Shown here piece after piece: positions 11,715 to 22,896 of a stretch of 37,963 nucleotides of DNA. The position numbers and the translations under genes are program-made. The notes below the pieces were generated by a model. The model was not told the origin of the DNA. It saw only the letters and a program-made list of their open reading frames with translations, and made no database searches. The first letter of the stretch is position 1; each line of letters begins with the position of its first letter. Source of the stretch: Paraspadella gotoi (lineage: Eukaryota > Animalia > Chaetognatha). The DNA lies in contig JBJCIZ010001667.1 in NCBI GenBank assembly GCA_051294375.1, positions 1 to 37,963 of the forward strand. Direction: 5' to 3'.

Positions 11715-12155
11715 CCGTCCGGAATAAAGAGGAAAGGGTCGACGGGAAGGCGTGGATATTGAGAAGGCGACGAGATGGCGAGAAGGCGGTTGGAGTCGAT
11801 TTACTGAAATGAAACATTTAAACGGGTAAAATCCAAACATCAAAAAAATTTTCATTTCAATCCGCGAAATCTAAAAGCCTAATTTAATACTCTGGCCGAA
11901 GTGGCTCATAATTTATAGCTTCCAACATTAAAATTAATCAAGATTTAATAATAAATTGAAACCCTATAAAAAGCAATTCATTAACTATCTCTCAAATCGA
12001 TTTCTCTGAAAAAAAAGAAGACATTTTACTCAGAACGGGAAAGTTTTTAGAAGCGTTCTATCCGTTCTTCTAATCTTCTTTTTAATTACTTTATCCGTTG
12101 AATTGCTACCAGAAATAAAAAATAAAACTTCGACTCGACGACAACAAAATCAATG
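11711..12155 (+). pseudogene. Small basic conserved Maverick/adintovirus protein (protein X / GasderminX-like)
   Basis: ATG overlaps the ATPase stop (ATGA); NTLAEVAHNL..NIKINQDL.NKLKPYKKQF..LSLKSISLKKK..ILTQNGKFL with hydrophobic tail; conserved position after ATPase. Confidence 0.65.
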
Positions 12156-12196
12156 AACGTTAATTTAAAAAAAAAAATGAAGACGTTCCACCGCCC

Positions 12197-12986
12197 ATGA
12201 AAATATCTAGAAAAAAATTATTTGGTTCCCGGCTAATCATATTTATCTAAATTTAAAGAAAAATCGGGATGAAACGAAAAAAAAGGATTCTACCTTATTA
12301 CCCACTAACTTAACGAATCGGGTCTTCAAAGATGTCCCACCCGAATGTTAAATTAGAAAATTTAACGATGAATTTATGAGGAATAAAAAGTTAAGCGAAA
12401 TGAAACTTTCTTAAGATGGTCCTCAGTTACATCAGAGATTCATCCATTATCCAATGATTTGAGAAAAAACATTCCGAAGAGCGAATTATAAATAAATATG
12501 ATAAAATTAAATTGGAGTCCATACGAAGAAAAAATTTTTAAAAAAATAATAGATGAAAATTCCTCCAAGTTCATCGCACCGATTCTGACATATATTTTAG
12601 AGGCAACCTTGGTTGGCAAAACGAAATGATATAATTAGATCAATTAATTAGTTCTGTTCTATCTTCTCCATTCGACATTCACACTCAATTATTTTTGGAT
12701 AAATTAATCACGGGAAAATTGGAATGCACCGTATTGTCAACTAACGAAAAAACCGGACGCCATCGCTCGCACCAACCACGCCCGGCTTCAACTAAAAAAA
12801 AACCCTGGGTGGTCCTACTTCGAAAAATACGGCCATCTGTTAAAACGCCTAAAACCTCTTGGTTCTCTAAATAGAAAAAAACCTGTCCCGGGTTCTCTCA
12901 CTCAACGCTTCTTCTCCATCAACCTTATAAAAAAGAAGAAGAAACCGTGCCGCTTTCTCTGCCCGTTTACCCGGGTAAAAAACTAG
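12197..12986 (+). pseudogene. Conserved Maverick hypothetical protein between protein X and integrase
   Basis: Starts MKISRK.YLVP (family pattern M..AKKM.LVP), internal KINW, basic C-terminus; many indels. Confidence 0.5.
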
Positions 12987-13026
12987 ACAAACAACAAACA
13001 ACAACACAAGAAAAAAAAACAGGGCG

Positions 13027-14197
13027 ATGAACGACCGACACGACAACGACGACCTTGCCTCGCCACCCGTCTATAAAAGGAGTCTTCGCTGATGAAATTA
13101 AAGATTCAAAATTTTAAAAACATATATTATAGCCCCCGATCACCCGGGTTCATTCGGGGCATCGCATAATTATACAGATATGCCAAATTAAAAATAACCC
13201 CGGTTAAAAAAAAAGGAAGTTAAGGACTTTCTCTCAAAAACAAACACTCACACTTTATTTAAAAAATCGCGAGATCACCTAAACATTATCAATCAACGAA
13301 TAAATTGTTTTAAATGAAATTTGGCCGCTGACTTGGTAGAGCGTGGGGACCTTAAACATACGGGAAACTTACACCTTTTTTTCCTTCCATGTTGATCAAG
13401 TTTAGTTTTTTTTACGCTCAGCCCCGCTGAAAAAACAAAACTGGAGGCCGAGGTTGCTGCGCATTTCGATGCGGTGTTTGAGGCAATAATCACGTAACTT
13501 GCATGGCGGATGCATTTGTATTCTGGCTCAGAATTGTTTAACAAAGAAGTTAAAGGTTAATGAAGAATAATGAAATTTGAATGTATTAACGAACTTCCAC
13601 GATAAACAAAAAGTTATTTAATCGAAATTGCTGTAATAAGTAAAAACTGTATAAAGCTTGTTACGGCTTTAAAAAATTAACAATTGGCCTAAAATGTTTA
13701 ACCCTTGGTAATTATATCTTTAAACTTAAAAAAACGAAAAGCTTTGGATGGTTACTCCTTTTCAAGCCAACCTTACCCAAATTTGAATCGCTTCTCAGAA
13801 AAAATTTCAAAAGATTTGCGTAAACACAAGAAAAAATTTAAAAAATATCAAGTATAACATTGACAAGGGAGATTTGTCAGAAAAATTGCCGTCAAAACCC
13901 TTTAAAAGGGGTTACCATCAGACCCTTTGAAAATGAGTCTATTTGTCAAGGATCATTACGGAACTCCGAGATTGTACATTTTTTAGAAGGGAAAAAAAAA
14001 ATATATCGTGGCAACTTGCAAAAGATAAGTAAAACCAACCGAACAAAAGAGATTTTTCATTCCGTGATTAAAACTCAAGTATAAATAAAACTACTTTGAA
14101 ATTCGGGACGAAAAGTGGGGGGAACTAGGCTTTACCTTAACGAAACCGGCAACGAAGAAAAGGCTTATTGGTTAACAAAAGCAATTGGTAATCTTAA
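13027..14197 (+). pseudogene. INT: Maverick retroviral-like DDE integrase
   Basis: LKNIYYSPDHPGSFG..LYRYAK, EVKDFLSKTNTHTL, WAADLVE (~13321), QPLKNKTG.EVA, (D)SGSELFNKEVK, KSYLIEIA. Confidence 0.87.
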
Positions 14198-14199
14198 AC

Positions 14200-15184
14200 A
14201 TGTTAGAAACTACGCAAGTCCAGTTAATGTCGACTGACTCAAACAAAAGATTTGAAAATACACATTCAGAATTTTAGAAACGCCTTACCCGAACCCATAA
14301 TTTTAAATAAGAATTATGAAAGTAGCCTTGCTACAATAAGCCTCATCAAAACTCATCTTTTTTAACATAGAAGAAGCATCGAGCGAATATCAACAAAGTG
14401 ATTATATTTGATTGGCTGTAACGAAACTCAAAATCCCATAATTCCAACAATGAAATTAAATCGGAGAAAGTGTATAAATTTTATCCTCCCTCCTGGTGCA
14501 TTTACGACTCTCCAGAAATACAATGCGACAAGCAATAAATCAGGCAATTTGGAAATCTATTCCCAGATAAAAGATCAACCGATTTTTAGAATTTAAAAAA
14601 TTAAGTAGATACATAATTTTACGTTACCCGATAAGTATATCACATTAGATTGTACGAGCCATGTTGTTTTTGCTCGGGAGCCGTCGCGGACTTGGAAGAT
14701 GACATTTTTTTTACTTTGGGTAAAGACAAAAGCCCCGCGGCATAAGTGAGCTACAGATTTATCCCTGTATGCAAAACGGCGCCCGATTTTTTAGACAAAG
14801 ACGTATAAAATTCAAAATGGAAAAAAGACTATTGCCGAGACACCTTGCAATCGGTGATCTTGAAGAGCGAAGCGGTCAAACGCGATCGATTTTTTTTCAT
14901 CCAAATATGAATTTTAATTCCGTTTTGGCGAATTTATTGCTTCCAGTGCAAAATGTGGATCACCGGGAGTTCTTATTCTAATTTGTTAAGAACGGTTTCG
15001 ATAGGATGAAAAAATTTGGGAGGGAGACAAGAATTCACGTTTAGAAGAATTAATTTTTCATACGGTTTCTAATCATTCATCGACACGATTTCTATTTAAT
15101 CGCGAACATGCGCGGGAAAAATGCTGGGCTAAGGGCGGGGCCCACCATCCTCCACGCCTCGGGTTTCGCCCAATCAGAAAATAG
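14200..15184 (+). pseudogene. mCP: Minor capsid protein (penton)
   Basis: N-terminus MLETTQVQLMSTDSNKRFENTHSEFRNALPEPIILNKNYEVAL; C-terminus SNLLRTV, HTVSNH.IDTISI...MRG, LGFRPIRK*. Confidence 0.78.
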
Positions 15185-15259
15185 TATATAAACAATCGAT
15201 CAATCGACGATTCATCAATCGGTAAAAATGAATTCACACGATTAAATTCCCATTCAAAC

Positions 15260-15765
15260 ATTTACACCCTTATCTTCAATACCCACTCTAACCCGTCCCC
15301 CCCTCAATCTATTTTTTAAACACGCAAAGGGGCAAGGGGCAATATCGGAATAATTTTCAAGTTAATTTTAGATTTATTCGACCCTAATCTCTCAAACTAC
15401 CAAGGGAATCAAACCGGCTTTAACTAGCAAAACCATAAGCAAAAGGGTTGCCGGGGATTTTATTACAAGCTAGTTCATCGGCGGCGGTTGGTGGATTAAC
15501 GGATCTATTTCTAAGAAAGGGGAAAGAACCTAAAGGAATCTTTTAAGAAAAGCGGTTGAGACGGGGAAAACTAACGTTAAGTCCGCTTTAAAAAGGGGGG
15601 CGGATAGTTTTGATGGAGTCTCTGACTACTACCAAAAGAATAAACCTATAAAAGTAAACGTTTAAAAAAAATCTATCATCAAAAGGGAAAAGAAAGGGAA
15701 CAAGGAAAAAAAAAAAGAAGAGAAAGAAAAAATTAATCCTCGGTTAAAAAATATTTTCAGTTTAA
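15260..15765 (+). pseudogene. Basic core-like protein with QRGxG motif, upstream of the major capsid
   Basis: TQRG.G.IG.IFKLIFRFIRP...AVGGLTDLF..G.EPKES, Lys-rich tail ending KNIFS; conserved position. Confidence 0.6.
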
Positions 15766-15793
15766 AAAAAAAAAAAAAACTCTATCATCAGAA

Positions 15794-17230
15794 ATGGCTG
15801 AGGACAAAATGGTTCGACCCCGGGATATTCCGGTCAATCAAAGAGTGTATAACGCAGGATTGGATTTATTTTTCTCCTAGTTTGGAAACAGTATCGCGGA
15901 TAATAGGGACCGAGAAGTCGAGGCCATTTATTGTTCCACGCCGATACCGGAAAGGTTCTTTCGGTGATTTCTTTTGAAGTTTCCTCCATCGTCCGATGTT
16001 AACGGAATCTTTCTAGTAATGGTGTAATGAAATAGACTTGAACCTAAAGTTAGGCAAATGGCTCGATTTGGCGAACTTTGCTCCACCGGGAGCCGATCAC
16101 TTTGGGAACAGCGTCGGGTTTGAAGATGGAATTGCTTCAAAAACGATTTTTTCCGGATTGAGTTTTCGGGTTAACGGGGTCAATATTTTGCGATTCTTTT
16201 TAATACCTATGCCTACTTGTGTCATTTCATCAATACCTTTGTACTATGGAAAAGATTTAAAAGATAATAAACTGCGAAATGCAAGGTTTTTTCGGAGAAC
16301 GAGAACTTTTGATAAACCGGGGCTCACGACGTGGCTCCGCCTCAATCGTTTAAAACGGCGAGCTTTCTTTAACGAGTGGAGTAAAGTTCCATAACGTTTG
16401 TATTCTACATTCAAACGGCATTTTAACTCACAACAGGGCAAGTTTCTACCTCCAATGTCCGACCCTTAATTTAGACTTCGTCTAAGAGCAATTTCCAATT
16501 TCTGCGTGAGAAAGCGACGCAGAAAAATGCGGAATCTAAATTTAAAATTTGTAATTAAACAAATGAAACTTACTTTTGGTTAGAACGAATCATGTGATTC
16601 CATCGCTGAAGATTTCGTTTAGAGCAGGAAATAAATAGCAGGAAGGAGTGTTTATATGGTTACGAAATATGAGGCTGTCGACCATAACGTCATAAATCAA
16701 AATGCCAAGAGTGTGTTTTTTTGAGGAATATTTTATAACAATTTAAAACCAACACCATAATAATCGCCTTGGTGACCCAAAAGCATTTTTGGGTTCGGCG
16801 AAAAAAAGCCCTTTCGATTTGGGCATTTCGATCTCCAATCTTCTCAAGTTAACCATCGATAACGTGGTTTTTATCAATATTCCTTCGCGGATTAGAAGAA
16901 TTTAGAATTATAAAAACAAAAAATATGTAATCCGTTATTGGACGTTGGATCAATACAAACATTTAAGTACAACAGTTCCTTGTCCAATTTCTTAGCGAAC
17001 GATTTCGCCAATGGATTTAGCCGATTTACGCGCATAGAAACGGGTAGTTATAAAAAGTTTCAGATATCAACGACGAACCGCGTCAACTTGTACTTCTAGT
17101 TAGAGCTGGGATTCATAAAAAGATTCATTCGAACCCGCTCTCGTCCTTTTGCTTCATGACCGCCTACAGCGGAAATATTTTCTTAAATTCATCCAGAACT
17201 CTCATGGAACTATTAATTAATTCCATAATT
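15794..17230 (+). pseudogene. MCP: Major capsid protein (double jelly-roll / hexon-like)
   Basis: AGLDLF.P near N-terminus, LYYGKDLKDNKL, KRRAFF, QGKFLPP...FRL, FVIKQMKL, IALVTQKAFLGSAKKSPFD..HFDL, NIFLNSSR; ~480 codons. Confidence 0.82.
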
Positions 17231-17238
17231 AATTAATA

Positions 17239-17800
17239 ATGTATTCCTTAGCCAATAGATAAAATTTTGGGAAAACGAGCATTCGCTGGAAAAAATATTT
17301 TTTGGGGAGTCATCCTAGCGACAATTTACCCACCCCCATTAGTCCAGTATTTGCGGCAAATCACCGCCAACCATTGTCTCGGAATCCGAAGGGAGTCATT
17401 GGAGCAGTTTTTTTACTTCACTCGGACAAAGTCGTAGTACTTGATCCCCGTTGGTTCATCTCCTCTGGTGAATCCCCGATTTCGAAAAGTATTAGAAGGA
17501 CAACGTTCCCTCCTTCTAAGCCCTTTACTTCAACAATTTTCAATTGCAAAACGATTATTCGGCGACCTTGTGGAAATCCATAATATTTATTCGTTCTTTA
17601 TTCGCGCGAAAATTATTCGTTAAAAGAAATTTTTAGAAGAAGTATATGGAAATAAAAAGAGAAAAACCATTTAAAATCCTTGGTACTTTGACGTGCTTAA
17701 GCTTGGTCGGTGATCAGCGCCTTCGAATCGACCCCACCCTTTGGTCAACGAAGAAGCCTTTTTTTCCCCCATTTCATCGAAAACAAACAACAAAAAAATA
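17239..17800 (+). pseudogene. PRO: Adenain-like cysteine maturation protease
   Basis: MYS.QIDKIL..FLG..PSDNLP; GSHW (17391-17402); (Y)LDP.G; QLQNDYSA.CG (17541-17574): H-D-Q-C catalytic order. Confidence 0.82.
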
Positions 17801-17857
17801 ATATAAAAAGAAAAAAAAAGAGTATAAAAGAAGGAAGAAGAGAAGAAAAAATTATAC

Positions 17858-18433
17858 ATGTTCTCAAAGAGAAAGCGGAAGAAGAAGAGAGGGAAAAAAA
17901 AATTTTAATTTTAATCGAAACGAAGAACTCGGAATCCCGGAAGTGCCTCCACGACCCGCAACGGTTCCAAAGACTCCGCGTCTATTATCCGATAGCGATG
18001 GTCAAGAGGAGGAGGCGGAAGGAGGAGGAGGCGATCGCCCCTGGTGTTGTTCGTGCCCATGCGTCGTGTCAAGGCAAGGGACGCCGCCGGGGTTTGCGGG
18101 AAAGAAGAATATTCGAAATGATTTGTGGAAGTGGGTAAGCAAGTGGCGCCAAGAGACGCGGTCGAAGGAAGACCCGAGGTTGCATCCACAATGGCCAAAG
18201 GGATTAACGGATCCTGATGGCCGCCGAGTCCAATGGCTGTCCGTCAAGTTTCGAAATTGAGCTTTTCGGCGGCATTTTGCGAACTTGAGCATCAAACGCT
18301 CTCTGACGACGACAACGACGACGTGTCAACAGACGAAAACGCCCTTCCCACCATCACAAATCCGGCCGAGATGATAAAAGAAACTGGATCTGAGAAGCGA
18401 AAGGAAAGGACGAAGAAAATAAAAAAAACATGA
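17858..18433 (+). pseudogene. Accessory ORF of unknown function (frameshifted)
   Basis: GC-richer coding-like block after TATAAAAG at 17823; several overlapping + strand ORF fragments; no family recognised. Confidence 0.4.
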
Positions 18434-18599
18434 ACAAAACAAAGTGGAAATTCCCTCTCTCAAAAAAAATAAGTATAAAAGTTGGAGAAGATTCGCATCG
18501 AACTTATTTTTTATCTAAAAAAAAATAAAATTTCTTCTAAAAAAAACAACAAAAAAAACCCGAGTGCAAAAAATCCATCATCAATCATCATCATCATCA

Positions 18600-19280
18600 A
18601 TGAGTTTCAACGGATTCCTTTCCCTTGAGCCCGAGCAACTAGGGTGAATCACGACGAGTTCCTGTACACCTATTTCATCACTGTTTTAAAGATAATGGAA
18701 TCGCTACAAAGAACAAAGTAACGATAAAGTTGGGAGAAATGGGAAAAACTTTGAATATCAAAGCGAACGAAAATCGAGCGGTGACTTGCGCGAGTTGGAG
18801 ATAATAATGGGCAATGGCCATGCGCCGGAGCCCAAAAGTCCGATCCCTTTCCAATCGGTTGAAATATTGTGGTTCACGTCATCATATTCGAGGCAAGCTG
18901 AACCCCGGCAATCACGTTCAGAAGTTGTCTGAACGAAAACATTCCAAAACAACAACACACATTAATGCAAACGAAGGTCCCGCGCACCGTCGCCTCTTTG
19001 GCAACTGGCGGTGACCTTGGACGTGGACGAATTCAAGCCTTGAGGTTTTTCTCCAGCCGTCATAACTCGTCACATATTCCGAAAAACGTGACGCAATAGC
19101 TTTTTGCTGTCGCAAAGGAAAGATGTGGATTCGGTGAATCCGCGAGCGTGAATCAAATGGTTTCATTGTTTCGTGAACGAGGATCGTTTTTGGGAGTTCG
19201 ACTACGATCTCTTTGGTTGAATCAAATTTTGCCCGTACCCGAACCTTATAATTCTTCTTCTACTACTATACTTGAAGTAA
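18600..19280 (+). pseudogene. Possible tandem PC4-like ssDNA-binding protein
   Basis: Across indels: KDNGIATKNKVTIKLGEWEKL, TGVTLDVDEFK, LGVRL; resemble PC4 PTKKGISL..EQW..L. TATAAAAG at 18474. Confidence 0.4.
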
Positions 19281-19308
19281 ATCTATCGTGCTACCTCTCC
19301 CTCAACCC

Positions 19309-19914
19309 ATGGAGACTCAAATGCAAGAACAGTCACAGATTCAAGTTCAGCAGCAACAAGCAGCAGAAGCAGCAGCAGCAAAGAGCAATTTTATCAAAAG
19401 AATCAAAGATGCCTGGTTAATATTATTAATATAATAAATAAATTTGTATCGATAACATCAACAAATCGATAAGAAAAGAAGAAGACCCAAACCAACCCGC
19501 AACGACCAAACCGTACTAATATTCTGCGGCGTCGCTGCGGCTTTCCGCACCGAGGTCCGTTGAAGCCGCCGGAAATGGAGGAGTCGTCAGGCGTAGGAAG
19601 AATTGTCCTCCGTCTCGGAAGAAGAAGCGCGTCAGACTCGGAGAAGGAAGAAGAAGTTGACTTGGTGGGTGCCGCCGCAATAGCCGCGAAATTGAAGAAG
19701 GCCGATGGAAGGAGTATGGGGAAGGAAGAGGGAGAGGGAGAAGAGAGAAGGAGAAAAAAGAGGTGGAGATGAAAGGATCCAGAAACTCACGATGAATGGC
19801 CGAGGGGAAGAGTTTGATGGGTTCTTCGGGATGAAGGGAAAGTTTGGAAGCGGACAAGATTCACGACTAATAGAAATGGAACTTGCCGTTGAAAATCTAT
19901 TGAAGGACATGTGA
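19309..19914 (+). pseudogene. Accessory ORF, Q/A-rich start and charged body, unknown function
   Basis: METQMQEQSQIQVQQQQAAEAAAAKSNFIKRIKDAW ... LIEMELAVENLLKDM*; broken by indels. Confidence 0.4.
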
Positions 19915-20182
19915 AAGAGAGGGAGGGATGGGAAAAAATTAGTGAACTTTTGTTAAAAAAAAATATTTCGCAAAAAAAGTACTATCTACTAATTCTAACT
20001 TCGGGTTGGTAGAAGAAGGAATTTGTCTCTTTTTTTTTATTTCGCATTGAATAATTGATATTAATATAAATAATATTGTTGTAATAATTAAATGAAATAC
20101 AAAAAAAAATCACAAGATAAATCCGATTTAACATGTTTTTTATTTTTCTTTCTAGATAATATAATAATAATAATAAGACAAT

Positions 20183-20207
20183 NNNNNNNNNNNNNNNNNN
20201 NNNNNNN
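20183..20207. other. Assembly gap (25 N)
   Basis: N run; others at 24344-24353 (10 N) and 32749-32848 (100 N). Confidence 1.
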
Positions 20208-20676
20208 AGGAGGGCGAGTGACCAAGATTTTGCCCTCTTTTGCAATTGCCCAGAGACACAAGCTTTTAGTGCTCCGCTTTAGCTACTGCCAATTCTCCGG
20301 GGCAGGCGCCGCGCTCGGGCTTGCAGGGAGCTCCAAAGGTCGGAATGTGTGTCTAATGCCGTGCCTCGGCTCCTTTATCTCAAAGTGGGCGTTGAGAGTG
20401 ATGGATATTGATCCAAGAGTTGATAGAAGGCGTTTTCTTAGTCGCGACGAATTTACTTGAGAAGGTGGGCTGCCTCCGATATAATCGCATCGATTGTTGA
20501 GAGTCTGTAAATCGATAAGAGTTTCCATCTCTTGTGTTTGCGGCTAAATAAAAATTCAGCCAGGAAATCAAGCGTCGCGCAGGTATGTTCTGCTGTGACG
20601 TTCCGCCACAGCGGACGGGTAGGGGGGGGGGGGGGGTCACTATGTGTCCGAGGACGCGCAGAAGACTACTTGGCTT

Positions 20677-20940
20677 CTAAGACATATTGCGGCGGGACGA
20701 CGCCGTAAGACTTAACCTTACGGGTGTGCTCGCTGAGCCGTGCAGTTGGGGGTCCAATAAGGGGCCCGCTACTCGTTGAGCTGTCGTCGGTGGTACAAGT
20801 GATATTAGGGCGCCGCCGTCGACTAACCACTGGCGGCCGTCGGAGGCGTCTCTAACATATAGCAGAAAACTATCGGGTGAATTATCTGCGTCGACGCGGG
20901 GTATAGCGTTCACCGGCGCTGCCCCGCGGCGCCGTTTCCC
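20677..20940 (-). CDS. pol: Aspartic protease, N-terminal part of Pol (reached by -1 frameshift)
   Basis: FLLYVRDASDGRQWLVDGGALISLVPP, the CsRn1-type protease context; frame lost near 20750. Confidence 0.82.
   Translation of the reverse strand, partial: GKRRRGAAPVNAIPRVDADNSPDSFLLYVRDASDGRQWLVDGGALISLVPPTTAQRVAGPLLDPQLHGSASTPVRLSLTASSRRNMS
20876..20940 (-). promoter_or_regulatory. -1 ribosomal frameshift signal: G GGA AAC plus stem-loop/pseudoknot
   Basis: Heptamer 20940-20934, 5-nt spacer, CGCGGGG/CCCCGCG and AGCG/CGCT stems, loop GGUGAA complementary to downstream UUCACC; the -1 frame is the protease frame. Confidence 0.82.
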
Positions 20941-21989
20941 GCTTGAGGCTCCTTCCGGTCCCGTCGCTCGCTTTTGCGAGCGCAGCCGCGCTCGCAGCGG
21001 TAGGCGGCATCCCCAAATTTGAGGTGCCATCTACAAATTTGTTTTAAACGGGCGTTTGGAGGTCGCGAGAAGTTTGAGGAGCTACTCGGGGCGCTCGAGC
21101 GCCAGTTACTCGTCTGAGGGCGCGGTTTGTCGCGTCGCTGTCCTTGGACGGCGTTGATGTCGGCGCCATTCTCCGTGTCTGACGCTGAGCCGTCTGAATC
21201 GTTGATAATAGCGGCGTTGATTGTTGATGTTGGCGCCGCCAGAGTGGGGCGCCCTTCGGCATCAAAGAATTTGTCGGCGGCGTCTGCTACTTGGGACGCC
21301 GTCCAGTCGTCCGCCTTGTCCTCGATAGATCGGCGTATTTCGATGGGCAATCCTCTTATGATAGTCTCCTTTTTGATGTCATCGAGGGTTACCGTTTTTA
21401 CCTTCTCCTCGAGGCGGGCGAGGTGTTGGGAGGGGCGGAGGCCGTCGCGGTTAAAACCGTCGAGAATAAGGGCGGCCTGCTGCCTCCTGGTGACTCCATA
21501 TTCCTTTCTTAAGTAAGCGAGAAAGTTTATCCAGTTGCCTTCGGTAGGTTCACCATATAAGAAGGCGTTAACTTTGGGATTGACGTCTGCGCCAATTTTC
21601 GATTCAAGGTGAGCGAATTTTTCGCTAGCATCCTTGATATTCGCGCGGACATATGCAGCCTCTACTCGACGTATCCATATGTCGATATTCTTTGAGTCAA
21701 ACGCTGGCAATTCTGGTTTGCGCTTTTTCTCGAGAGCCTTGAGGGCGGCGGCGAGCGCCGAGCGAAGCGTCTCCGTTTCGTCGACGCCAGTTGCAGTTGC
21801 CATGTCGCTGTAAGGTGCAGTCGAGTCGTTGGCGTTCGCTGATATCGAAGGGAATTCAAAAGCGGTGGCGGAAGGGTCGCTTGGTGAATTTTCCCTGGAG
21901 CGGCGATGCAAGTTAAATAGTCTAGGGACGGCGAGGTTGGCTTGTTCCCTGGTGCGGGCAGATTGTCGAGTCTCTTGAGGTTCACTCAT
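20910..21989 (-). CDS. gag: Gag (359 aa, intact) with CX2HX9CX3C knuckle
   Basis: LPAFDSKNIDIWIRRVEAAY, RDGLRPSQHL, ADAADKFF, CRWHLKFGDAAYRCERGC; ATG ~40 nt after the PBS. Confidence 0.95.
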   Translation of the reverse strand: MSEPQETRQSARTREQANLAVPRLFNLHRRSRENSPSDPSATAFEFPSISANANDSTAPYSDMATATGVDETETLRSALAAALKALEKKRKPELPAFDSKNIDIWIRRVEAAYVRANIKDASEKFAHLESKIGADVNPKVNAFLYGEPTEGNWINFLAYLRKEYGVTRRQQAALILDGFNRDGLRPSQHLARLEEKVKTVTLDDIKKETIIRGLPIEIRRSIEDKADDWTASQVADAADKFFDAEGRPTLAAPTSTINAAIINDSDGSASDTENGADINAVQGQRRDKPRPQTSNWRSSAPSSSSNFSRPPNARLKQICRWHLKFGDAAYRCERGCARKSERRDRKEPQAGNGAAGQRR

Positions 21990-22031
21990 TTACTCGCTTC
22001 TGAAGGGCGTCTGAAGGTTGGAAATATTCTT

Positions 22032-22045
22032 CGTCGGGTTTACCA
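22032..22045 (-). other. Primer binding site, tRNA-Trp type
   Basis: Minus strand TGGTAAACCCGACG, 1 nt after LTR end CA; 12/14 to TGGTGACCCCGACG. Confidence 0.8.
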
Positions 22046-22046
22046 A

Positions 22047-22896
22047 TGTGAATGGCGCAAGAGATCGTTAATCATTTTAGTCGTGTGTGCTAGCGCATCT
22101 GAGAGTAGAAAGAATCCACGATCAACTTGAGCGGCGTCTCTTGTGATCGAGAGCGTTGAGGGAGTGGCCTAGAGGCGTTGAAGAAGTCGCACGAGGTCGT
22201 GAGGTAGACTGCTGGGCCACATAGGAGATCGATATTGGCGTCGATTGACCGAAACCGGAAGTGACGCTGACGTTGACGTCGTGGCGTGGATTGAATGTTT
22301 ATTTTCTATGAATAAAAGTTCTGTAACCAACCTTGTTGGTTAATTGTATAAAGGAAACCTTAATAAAATAATCAAAGCATATAGATATTCCATTGCTTCT
22401 AACCAAGCAATACAAATATCTATATGCAATAAAAAACAGTGCAATCAATTAATTAATTAATTAATAACGAGTTGAGAAAACAATAATAATTAATAACGAG
22501 TTGTTTTTCCATGAGTTGTTAATCAGTTTGGAATGAAAATGAAAATGGAATTATTTGTAAACAAAAAACTCAAGTAGGTTAGAATCGATTTGAATCGGAT
22601 TGTTCATTGTTTTAATATAAACAAAAGATTAAGTATAATCGATAACAAGATTATAAGGAAGATTCTAACATAAAATTCTTTATTTATAAGTGGCGATATC
22701 AGTTGGGCCTGATAACGTGGACGATGAGTCCCGGGATCGAGACTGGATCGCCTGCGCTTTTTAATTATTTTACAATATTTCTGGATCGATTTAATCTATA
22801 AATAAGAGTTCCGAAAACAGTTATATATATCGATCGGAATTGGCTAATAATAATAATTGATCGATCCGGGCTGAGATGTTCCAGATCAAATCCACA
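22047..22896 (-). repeat. 5' LTR (850 bp)
   Basis: TGTG...CACA termini; colinear with 2829-3674. Confidence 0.94.

Larger units (their letters stand above)
7263..20182. mobile_element. Maverick/Polinton (adintovirus-like endogenous virus); core genes ~9350-17800, outer limits uncertain, no TIR seen
   Basis: Six hallmark genes in syntenic order: pPolB, packaging ATPase, DDE integrase, minor capsid, major capsid, adenain-type protease. Confidence 0.88.
20208..22896 (-). mobile_element. Ty3/Gypsy (CsRn1/Kabuki type) 5' half: 5' LTR, PBS, gag, protease, start of RT
   Basis: LTR match, Trp-type PBS, CHCC Gag, protease in -1 frame. Confidence 0.93.
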
